From positions 47,246,001 through 47,310,000 of the forward strand of contig CM052817.1 in assembly GCA_028534125.1 (NCBI GenBank): DNA of 64,000 bases. Direction: 5' to 3'. Origin of the DNA: Lama glama. Lineage: Eukaryota. The notes under the pieces are model-generated. The model was not told the DNA's origin. It saw only the letters and a list, made by a program, of their open reading frames with translations, and did no database searches. Numbering within the stretch: the stretch's first letter is position 1; each line of letters starts with the position of its first letter. The translations under genes were made by a program, and so were the position numbers. This document shows positions 53,419 through 64,000 of this stretch, piece after piece.

Positions 53419-54307
53419 AATTTAATTTTTACCATTTATTCAAGTTTTTATGTTCTTTAATAAAGTTTTATAGTTTTATTTTTTAATTTTTTAGTTGAAG
53501 TATAGTCAGTTTACAATGTTCTGTCAATTTCTGGTGTATAGCATAATAGTTCAGTCATACATATATTCATTTTCATATTCTTTTTTATTATAGGTTACTA
53601 CAAGATATTGAATACAGTTCCCTGTGCTAAAAAACTTGCTGTTCATCTATTTTATATATAGTAGCTAATATGTGCAAATCTCAAACTTCCAATTTATCCC
53701 TTCCCACTCTCTTTCTCCCCTGGTAACCATAAGTTTGTTTTCTACATCTGTGAGTCTGTTTTTGTTTTGTAAATAAGTTCATTTGTGTCTTTTTTTTTTA
53801 GCTTTCACATAAGTGATATCATATGGTATTTGTCTTTCTCTTTCTGGCTTATTTCACTTAGTATGACAATCTCCAGTTCCATCCATGTTGCTGCAATTGG
53901 CATTATTTTATTATTTTTTGTGGCTGAGTAATATTCCATTGTATAAATATACCACAACCTCTTTATCCAGTCATCTGTTGGTGGACATTTAGGTTATTTC
54001 CATTTCTTGGCTATTGTAAATAGTACTTCTGTGAACATTAGGGGTGCATGTATCTTTTCAAATTAGAGTTCCTTCTGGATATATGCCTCGGAATGGGGTT
54101 CCTGGATCATATGGTAGCTCTGTTTTTAGTTTTTTAAGGAATATCCATACTGTTTTCTATAATGGCTGCACCAAACTACATTTCCACCAACAATGTAGGA
54201 GGGTTCCCTTTTCTCCACACCCTCTCTAGCATTTATCATTTGTGGACTTTTGAATGATGGCCATTCTGACTGGTGTGAGGTGATACCTCATTGTAATTTT
54301 GATTTGC
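53419..54307 (-). mobile_element. 5'-truncated L1 with an atypical extended tail, inserted in a MER3/MER33-like element
   Basis: Perfect 15-bp TSD aggtgaaattaattt at 53404-53418 and 54308-54322; L1 body from about 53490; flanks read aatagaaatataatgtg...ggtgaaattaattttaataat. Confidence 0.9.
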
Positions 54308-54526
54308 AGGTGAAATTAATTTTAATAATGTGCTCTAAGAAGCACATTATTGTGCTTTAAAGGTTATATTTAAGAAGTTTAATATGCCGTGATTTTCAAG
54401 ATTATTTAGGGAAGGAAGTAGGAGGTTGTTCACTGAATTATGTAAATGTTCTAGGCAATAGTTAAAGAAAGCTTAAACTAGAGTAATAAAAATTGGAATG
54501 AAACAGATATTAAAGACTTCAGAGAT

Positions 54527-54555
54527 GTGGTCGCTTCAGCAGCACATATACTAAA
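54527..54555 (+). pseudogene. 3'-truncated U6 snRNA retrocopy (U6 nt 1-29)
   Basis: gtggtcgcttcagcagcacatatactaaa vs U6 GTGCTCGCTTCGGCAGCACATATACTAAA (27/29); TSD aaagacttcagagat (54512-54526) / aaagacttaggagat (54553-54567). Confidence 0.9.
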
Positions 54556-54569
54556 GACTTAGGAGATAA

Positions 54570-55090
54570 AAATATAACGAATTTGACAGAGATTTGATGG
54601 GAGGGTGATAGAGATTAAATAGAAGATAAAAATAGATAACAATGATTTAAATTTCCCATCAAGAAAAGCAAGGATGTTAAAGGAATACTTTAGTAGTAAA
54701 AGTAATGGTTTCCACTTTGTAGATGCTGTTCAAGTTAGCTGTAGGACATCTAAGTAAGAATGTTCATTAGGCAATTAAAACTGTGGCACAGGATATGGGG
54801 TAGGTAAAAGGTACAGATCTGAGAGAAATATATATGACTGCTGAGGTCATGGGAGAGAAAACAGTTAATGAAAAGAGATTAAGCATAGTTAAGGGAATAA
54901 CCATGCTGAATGTTTATATATGAGTCAGGAAAAGAAAAGTTAAGAATGTGGGTAAGGAGAGGTTGGAGACTTAGTAGAAAACATAGCAGAAAATAGATGT
55001 CACAAAAATCAAACAGCAAAGTTTTAAGGAGGGGTGTTTAGCAATTTCATAGGAAGCAGAGACCCGCAGGGATGAGGACATGAAGAGTTT
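54570..55090 (-). mobile_element. Degenerate L2 fragment
   Basis: L2-like ttccactttgtagatgctgttcaag...ggacatctaagt and caaaaatcaaacagcaaagttttaaggaggg. Confidence 0.5.
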
Positions 55091-55833
55091 TTACAGAAAA
55101 AACTAGTTATGTGTCCTTGGCAAATCATAAAGCATTTCTTGCTTCAGCTTTGTCATCTGTGCAAAGAGGTGGTGGATGTCCCTCCAGCCCTTTCCAGTGC
55201 TATGACCCTGACAAGGAGTTCACAGACAGCAATGGAAGCAAGATTTTAAAGCATCATGAAATGAGTGAATGATAAGGAAGGGAGAATAAATTCGAACATG
55301 GTGTTAAAAATATAATAACTTGAAAGAGAAAACTAATCAAGGGAAAAATGCTTTCTTTCCTCCTTTGGAAAAGGTTAAGGCAGAAGGTATGAAGCTTGTA
55401 GAAGGAAGAACAAAAGGTAAATTCTAGGCGTACAGTAAGTAGAGCAAGCTTGCTGTGGAAGCAGGAGGAAATTCAGGATGTAGACTCCACCAGCGTTTAC
55501 TGAATGCCTTCCCTCCCCTGAGCACCATGTGAGACGCTCTTACAGATGACATGTCATTTAATTCTCACTACAGCCCTGCACTGGCAGAATTTTTATTTAT
55601 ACCTTCTGCAGAGGCAGTCGTGTGTTGTTAAGACCCTGATTTTGGAAGTCAGACTTTCTAGGCTCAAACCTCAGCACACCTAATTAGCTAGGAACACTTG
55701 GAAAATGTCTTACTTTTTCTTTTGCCCTTTCTTCATCTGTAAAATGATACCAATCTTACGGGATTTTTGTAAGCATTAAAGAAATAATGCATGTGAAGCA
55801 CTTAATGCCTGATATTCCTGGAATATTCTGCAG

Positions 55834-56034
55834 CAAGAGTTTTCATCTGGGGCAGTTTTGTCCCTCAAGGGATATTAAACAATGTCTGGAGTCATTTTTA
55901 ACCAGTGCATGCTACTGGCATCTAGTGGGTAGAGGCCAGGGATGCTGCTAAATATTCCACAGTGCATAGGACAGCTCCTCACAGCAAAGAATTATCTGGC
56001 ACATAATCAATAGTGTTGAGGTTGGGAAACCCTG
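55834..56034 (+). mobile_element. MER20 hAT element
   Basis: tgctactggcatctagtgggtagaggccagggatgctgctaaa...gaggttgggaaaccctg; TSD ttctgcag / ttccacag. Confidence 0.9.
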
Positions 56035-56449
56035 TTCCACAGGCATTAGCTGTTATTAATACTACTCCCATAGGAGAAAACGAAGGAATGTAGAAGTTAA
56101 GAGACATAGCCAAGGTGACACAGTTAGAAAATGATAGAACCAAGTTTTGAATCTGTTTTTCCCTCATTCCAAGTTTGAATCCAACTCAGGTGCTGTTCCC
56201 ACTATATCACAACTGGCACTTGAAAGTCAATTTGGACCTATCACCCAAGTCTTGGTTTCTTTCTCTTTCTCTCTCTCTCTTTTTTGGGGGGGTGGAGGGG
56301 CTGGGGAGGGGAGTAGATAATATATTTTTTCTAGTTTTATTAAGGAATAATTGATGTACGTCACTCTATAAGGTTAAGGCATGCTGCATGATGGTTTGAT
56401 TTTTGACATATATATTGTGAAATTATATGTAAATCAGGTCTCGGTTTCT

Positions 56450-57092
56450 AATATCATTCGTTAGTAAAAGGAAACGGGCTGTTTGGAGAAATGGCTAATT
56501 CAAAGGCTAAAGTAGAAAATTTACAAGATGATCCTGGAATATCTTCTAGTGCCAGAAAGTATGGAACTGCTAAACAAACAAAAGCACAGAAAAAGAGATA
56601 AGTTTACAGAAGAGAAACCTGAAAACACTACCTCAGTCAGGTGATCAAGGAGAATATCAACAATAAGTTGGGGTGACAGGATGCACCCCTGACACAATGT
56701 GTGAAAATGGCACCTTACCTCTGTGGTCTTCCTCAGAAAACACTTGTAACCCTCGTGTGGTCATTAGAAAAACATCAGACAAACCCCATTCGAGGGACAT
56801 TTTACAAAATTACAAGAGGAGCCTAAGCAGACATGATGACTGATTGTAACGTGGTATCCTGAATGAGATTCTAGAATAGAAAAAGGGCATTAAGTAAAAT
56901 CAAACGAAGTATGGATAAAGTATGGACTTTGGTTACTAAAGTATCAGTATTGGCCCATTAATTGTGACAAACGTACCCTAGTAATGTGAGATGTTAATAA
57001 CAGAAGTGGAGGTTTATGGGAATTCTCTGTACTATCTTTGCAAATTTTCTGTAAATCATAAACTATTCCAAAATAAAATGTTCATTTAAAAA
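56450..57092 (+). mobile_element. Ancient L1MC-type 3'UTR
   Basis: caggtgatcaagg, aacatcagacaaaccc...gagggacatt, ctctgtactatctttgcaa...ccaaaataaaa. Confidence 0.8.
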
Positions 57093-57574
57093 ACCCAGTA
57101 ATTTGAATCATTAAAATAGAGAGTTGATTTTTTTTCCTCCTTCTCGTAGAAAAAAGGCTAGGTCAAGTAGGGCTTTTGAGGAGGAGAAATGAACTTACAG
57201 AAGGGATGGCTTCAATATTCACACTAAATTAGGTATCAAGTGGGATATTCTGACATATGAAAGATTTGCAGGAAATTCTGTTCTTGAAAGTGATGTAGAA
57301 GATTTGAAGTAGTAAATTCAATAGGGATTTTATGGTGAATAACAGTAAGTACATTCTATAATTCCTTTAAATTGTTCATATGAAAAAGCATGTATTTAAA
57401 TGTCCATGAAACAAAATTTACTTATGTTATTATTTAAAAGAAACATAACATTTATGTTGTTCAGGTACTGAGAAAGCCAGTACATCTAACTCATGTTCAC
57501 TAAGAGGATTAGCTGTTACAGAACCAGGGTTTTTAACAATATACTATTTAAACCAAAGAAGAGGCTTCTATCAG

Positions 57575-58045
57575 GGAAGGCTGTTTAGCAAATGATGTTC
57601 TTTGTCTATTCAACATCTATTTTTCATTTGTTATTTAAAGGTTCTCAATTTTGTTAAGGGGGGCAATGAACCCACCTAAAATAATTCAATATCCCTGACA
57701 CCCTTGAAGCTAGAAGTGGCCTTGTGACATGTGGCCAATGAGGATTACAGAGAATGTACTGAATATTATCTTCTCCACTGTTTTTTTCCTTCTCCCTTCC
57801 TCCCTGTAACATCAGTTCTATACCTGGAGTGTACCAATAATTTTGTGACTATGATCATGAGGATGAGGCTCACACACTAAGGAGAGCAGGATGGAAAGAT
57901 GGACAGCCAGGTCCTTGATTATATTTTTGAGTAACTACACTTTCATGCACAGATTACTGCCAGACTTCTAGTTGTCTGAGAAAAATAGCATCCTCTCAGC
58001 AGGATTTCTATTCTATGAAGTAAAAAATATTCCTTACTGATACAG
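57575..58045 (+). mobile_element. Old MLT1-family LTR remnant
   Basis: cccttgaagctagaagtggccttgtgac...ggccaatgag...ccagacttctagtt...cttactgataca. Confidence 0.55.
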
Positions 58046-59005
58046 TTCCCTAAACGGATCCTGCGACATCAGGGAAACCTTCCCATCAAGACTGAAGGAG
58101 GGAGAGGGTATTGATTTAGTGAATCAGATCAGCTCATAATCAGGCAATCAGTGGGATGGTTAATAGAGACAAATCATCTCAATGTTCTGGTAACCTAGCT
58201 TTTATACAGCCAGTTTCCTTCTTGATTATGAGAAGCAGATCTATAAATGGAAAGTAGGTTATGCCATCTCTGCCTGTTTCCTTGTTATCACTGGGTCTGT
58301 CTTCCAGTACCCAGAAAATATCAAAAAGGATTTATGGCAAATGCATTTTCTTAGAACATTATTACCTGCTAAATATTGGTTTAAGATAATACATTTGAAA
58401 TGTACAAAAGAGGGAAATTCATCATACCTGATGACTTTTGTTCTCTTGCTAAAGAGTTAATGTAAAACAAGCAAACAAAAACAAAACATGATCAGACTAC
58501 ATGAGTATAAAGATGGAAATTTTTCCCCTCAAAGTGTTATAGCAGAGTGTATAGAGTTGATTTATAAAATTATTGTGAGTGGATCACATCCATGCATCAT
58601 CAGTACCTCAGAATTATGTGAGAAATGTTTATATTATTGGTTTCACTCACATGAGTGCCTCCTTTTTTAAAGTGCATAGCAGTATTCAGGTACAATTTGT
58701 TGATACTTGAGATATTTGTAAGAGACTGGATACTAGAAGCTTAATTCCAAAGACATTTTCTTTGTAAGGAAATAGATTACATAAAAAGGATCTAAAAATA
58801 TATTTCTGATGACTTATCTTAAAAGTATTTTTATCTTATCTTTTCCTTGAATTTTCTTTATGTTTTATCTGAAAATATTCAACTCATTTCTTCATATTTT
58901 AATTGCTTTTACTGTCAAGAACATATATATGTCTTATAGTAATATTATTTAATGGTATTAATCTACAGGTGAGATTGTTCCCTTTGTTATAAAGAATGAA
59001 CCTCA

Positions 59006-62000
59006 TTTATTATGTTGAGGTTGTTTCCTTTGTACCCACTTTGTTGAGAATTTTTATCATAAATGGATGTTGAATTTTGTCAAACGCATTTTCTGCATCT
59101 ATTGAGATAATCATATGATTTTTATTCTTCAGTTTGTTAATATGGTGTATCACACTGATTTGCAAATATCAAGCTATCCTTGTACCCCTGGGATAAATGC
59201 CACTCTATTATAAGGTATAATCCCTTTAATGTATCATTGAATTTGGTTTGCTAATATTTTGTTGAGAATTTGTGTATCTATGTTTTTCAGTGTGCTGGCC
59301 TATAATTTTCTTTTTTGTGTGTGTGATAGCTTTGTCTTGCTTTGATATCACAGTGCTGCTGGCCTCATAGAATGAGTTCAGAAGTGTTCCTTCCTCTGCA
59401 ATTTTATGAAACAGTTTGAGAAGGATAGGTGTTAACTCTTCTCTGAATGTTTGGTAGAATTCACCTGTGAAGCCATTTGGTCCCGGACTTTTGATTGTTG
59501 GAAGTTTTTCATTAATGATTCAAATATCATTACTGGCAATTGGTCTATTCATGTTTTCTGTTTTTTCCTGGTTCAGCCTTGGGAGTTGTATATTTCTAGG
59601 AATTTGTCCATTTTTTCTAGGTTGTCCATTTTATGAGTGTGTAACTTTTCACAGTAATATCTTACGCCCATTTGTATTTCTGAGGTATCAGTTGTAACTT
59701 CTCCTTTTTTGTTTCTGATTTTATTGATTTAGGCCTTCTCTGATTTTTTTCTTAATAAGCTTGGCTGAAGGTTCACCAATTTTGTTTATCTTTTGAAAGA
59801 ACCAGCTCTTGGTTTAATTGATCTCTTCTATTGTTTTTTAAGTCTGTTTTTTTTTCATTTATTTCTGCTCTGATCTTTATTATTTCTTTCCTTTTACTAA
59901 CTGAGTTTTGTTTGTTCTTTTTATTATAGTTCCTTTAGGTGTAAGATCAGACTGTTTGAGATTTTTCTTGTTTCCTGAGGTAGGCTTGCATTGCTATAAC
60001 ATCCCTCTGAGAACTGCTTTTGTTGCATATCATAGATTTCAGATTGTTGTGTTTTTGTTTCATTTGTCTCAAGATATTTTTTGATTTCTTCAGTGACCCA
60101 ATGGTTGTTTAGTATCATTGCTTAGCCTCCACATAAAGGTCATACATGACAAGCCCACAGCTTATATACGCAATGGTCAAAAGCTGAAAGCATTTTCTCT
60201 ATGATCAAGAAAAAGACAAGGATGCCCACTCTTACCACTTTTATCTAATATAGTATTGGATGTCTTAGTCACAAGCATCAAACAAGAAATAAAATTAAAA
60301 GACAATCAAATTGGAAAGGAAGAACTAAAACTGTCACTGGTTTGCAGATGGCATAATACTATACACAGAAAATCCTTAAGACACCACCAAAAAAGTACTA
60401 GAGCTCATTAATGAATTCAGTAAAGTTACAGGTCACAAAATTAATATGCAGAAATCTGTTGCATTTCTAGACAGTAACAATGAACTATCAGAAAGAAAAA
60501 TTAAGAAAACAATACCATTCACAGTCACATCAAAAAGAATTAAATACCTGGGAATAAATCAGCTAAGGAGGTAAAAGACCTGTACTTGGAAAACTGTAAG
60601 ACACTGATAAAATAAACTGAAGATCAAACAATTAGATAGAAAAATACATCATGCTCAAGGATTAGAAGAATTAATATTGTTAAAATGACTATTCTACCTA
60701 AGGCAATGTACAAATTCAATGCAATCCCTATCAAAATACCAATGGTATTTTTCTCAGAAGTAGAACAAGTAAATTCTAAAATATATGTGGAAACACAAAA
60801 GACCCTATATAGCCAAAACAATTTTAAGAAAGAAGAACAAAACAGGAGTTATCATGCTCCCTGATTTCAAACAATACTACAAAGCTACAGTAATCAAAAC
60901 AGTATGGTATTGGCACAAAAACAGACACACAGATCAATGGAACTGAATAGACAGCCAAGAAATGAATCTATACTTATAAGGGCAATTAATCTACAACAAA
61001 GGAGGCAATGATGGGGAAAAGACAGCCTCTTCAATAAGTGGTGCTGGGAAAACTGAACAGCTACATGCAAAAGAATCAAACTGGACTGCTTTTTCACACC
61101 ATATTAAAAAATACTCTCAAAATAGATTAAAAACTTAAATATAAGATTTGAAACCATAAAACTTTTATAAGAAAACAGAGGCAGTACAGTCTTTGACATG
61201 AATCTTAGCAATTCTTTTTGGATATGTCTTCTTAGGCAAGGGGAAGGGAAGCAAAAATAAATACATCAAATGAAAAAGCTTTTGTACAACAAAGGAAATT
61301 ATCAATAAAAGAAAAATGCTGCCTACTGAATGAGAGAAGATGTTTGAAAATGATATATCTGAGAAGGTATTAATATCCAGAATATACAAAGAACTCATTT
61401 AACTCAACATCAAGAAACAAACAACCTGATTAAAAAATGGTCAGAAGACCTGAACAAAAATTTTTCCAAAAAAGTCATACAGATAGCCAACAGACATGTG
61501 AAAAGATGCTCAACATCACTAATCACCAGGGGAATGCAACTCAAAACTGCAATGAGATATCACTTCACACCTGTCATAATGGCTATTATCAAAAAGACAA
61601 CAGATAACAAGCACTGGCCAGGATGTGGAGAAAAGGGAACCTTCATCCACTGTTGGCGGGAATGGAAATTGGTGCTGCCACTATGGAAAACAGTATGGAG
61701 ATTCCTCAAAAAATTAAAAATAGGACTACCATAGATCCAGAAATTCCACTTCTGGATATTTATCTGTAGGAAATGAAAACACTAATTAGAAAAAAAATTA
61801 TGCATGCTTAAGTTTATTGCAACATTATTTACAGTCAATATATGGAAGCAACCTACGTGACCATCAATAGATGTATGGCTAAAAAAGATGTGGAATATTA
61901 CTCAGCCATAAAAAAGAATGAAATCTTGCCATTTGGGACAGCATGGATAGACCTAGAGGGCTAAGTAAAATAAGTCAGACAGAGAAAGAGAAATACTGTA

Positions 62001-62688
62001 CAATTTCACTTATATGTAGAATCTAAAAAACAAACATGACTACATGGAAACAGAGCCATAGATACAGAGAAGAAAAGGTGGTTGTCAAAAGGGATGGGGA
62101 TTGGAGGAGGAGAAAATTTGGTGAGGGTGATTAAGAGTTACAAACTTTCAGTTACAAAATAAATGAGTCACAAACATGAAATGCATAGTGTGGGGAATGT
62201 AGTCAATAATTATGTAATATCTTTGTAGAGTGACAGATGACAACTAAGACTTACCATGGTGATCATTTTGAAATGTATAGAAATACCAACTCATGGTGTG
62301 CACCAGGAACTAACATAGTGTCGTAGGTCAATTATGCTTCAGGAACAACAAAGAAACTTAAAGAAAAAGAAATCATATTTATGGCTACCAGAGGTGAGGG
62401 GGTGGGGTATATGAGATTAGATGAAGATAATCAAAAGGTACAAATTTCTAGTTATGAAATATGTAAGTACTAGGGATGTAATGTCCAACATGGTAAGATA
62501 ATTAATACTGCTCTACCTTATAAATGAAAAGTTCATAAGAGTAAATCTTATGATTTCCCATCACAAAGAAAAACATTTTTTTCTATTTCTTTAATGTATC
62601 TATATGAGATGATGGATGTTCACCTTTGTACACCTTAAATTTGTACAGTGTTTTATGTCCATTATATCTCATTAAAACTGTGGGGAAA
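59006..62688. mobile_element. 5'-inverted L1: antisense ORF2 piece (59006-60133), then sense ORF2 and an internally duplicated 3'UTR
   Basis: The antisense piece ends (in L1 sense) at ...cctcaacataataaa and the sense piece resumes ataaaggtcatacatgacaagcccacagc; ORF 61498..61734 is the ORF2 C-terminus. Confidence 0.9.
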
Positions 62689-63867
62689 AGTGATTCTCCA
62701 ATGTAATCTACTCTTCAGATTTAAAAAGAAATTTTTTTCTGCATAATGTAATGAATTATTGTCAATCCATGGAGAAAAATATGTCCTCTCTGAACAAAAA
62801 AACTAAAGGGATCTCTAAAGTACTGGAACAAAACCCTCTTTGCAGCTGTTTTAGAAGATGCCGGAAGCTGGGAAAATGTGAGGAGAGCAACGTAGAGTTT
62901 TCTTCCATTCATGGACCAAAGTAAGTCTAGCATTTTCCCAGATGTCAAAGGACAAACTGACCCAGTTGTTAAGCACTGCTTTCAGAAACTTCATAACCAG
63001 AGGTAGAAATAAAACAGAAAGCATAGAACTATATCCTAGAATATCAGTAGAAGGCATTTTAATACCAACTCCCCTCCCCCCACCAAAAAGCTCTATGTTA
63101 ACAAAGATTATTAACTAGGCAGATGAGACTATAATCATATGACTTGAAGTGGCCAAATGAGTATAAAAGAATGATGTTACTAATTCTGATAACCCAGGAA
63201 GCAGTGATTTTTCTCTTATAGGAAACTCTGAGGAATTTTGGGTTGCTTGAATAAACAGAATTGAAATAAAGAAATGGTTGATTGGACACACGGTCCTCTA
63301 TAGGCGAAGTACTGAAAGCAAGTGCGGAAGATCTGGCAAAATCCACATGAGCCACCAGCCCTTTCCCCTTTTCCTCATCCAAAGTCAGTGGAACCATGTG
63401 GATCTTATTACTGCTTCTGGGAAACACAATTGGTTCCAGGAGGTCATGGCAAGCAGAGGTGCCCAAAGTGGCATTTACTCCCTGCCTATTTGGACTACTG
63501 GTAAGGAGTGGGGCTCTTCTTTGGCTGGCTTCTAACAAAAGCAACTGTGCCAGGCAAAGAATGGTGGTCCCCTGCCAGCTAATTCCTGGCTACTACTTGC
63601 TGTCTTTGGCCTCAGATATTTCCTATTTCTCCCCAGGCCACTGTACCTCTGAACTAGCAAAGAATGATTACAGTAAATCTCAACTTTTCATATTTATGTG
63701 TTTTTATGCTAGAAAGATTTGAACAGAGAAACTCACACAGTCTTGGATGGTTCCCTATCAGCTTCTAATTGTGGATAACAAGAGAATTTCCTGTGCCTCA
63801 GGTGTGTCTGAGGAGACAGAAAAATCATCAGACACATCAGTTATTTTTTTTATAATCTGAATAATTT

Positions 63868-64000
63868 TTTAACCTTTTTTATTGAGTTATAGTTATTTTA
63901 CAATGTTGTGTCAAATTCCAGTGTAGAGCACAATTTTTCAGTTATACATGAACATACATATATTCACTGTCACATTTTTTTCGCTATGAGCTACCACAAG
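63868..64000 (-). mobile_element. L1 3' end running off the window
   Basis: ttttttattgagttatagt...tacaatgttgtgtcaaattccagtgtagagcaca, an L1 3'UTR terminus in antisense. Confidence 0.75.

Noticed and set aside
59451..61734. Multiple 60-78 aa ORFs
   Set aside because: Fragments or antisense frames of decayed L1 ORF2.

Overview
AT-rich, repeat-dense mammalian genomic DNA, most likely camelid (four Vic-1-type tRNA-derived SINEs). The first 9 kb appears to hold the last two coding exons and the poly(A) signal of a + strand gene I cannot name (exons 212-317 and 8546-8701). The rest is intergenic: L1, L2, MIR, MaLR/ERV1 LTRs, hAT and Tigger DNA elements. The standout is a heavily decayed endogenous bornavirus-like element at about 29290-34360 (+). 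Removing a nested MaLR LTR, two L1s and a SINE leaves a G-M-L gene order, which is the carbovirus/cultervirus arrangement rather than the orthobornavirus M-G-L. Other notable items: a TSD-flanked L1 lacking ORF2 (HAL1-like), three 5'-inverted L1s, a candidate L1 3' transduction, and a 3'-truncated U6 retrocopy whose missing downstream U6 segment matches the DNA just upstream of its own target site. All family and protein assignments were made by eye against remembered consensus sequences; no searches were run, and most repeat boundaries are approximate.
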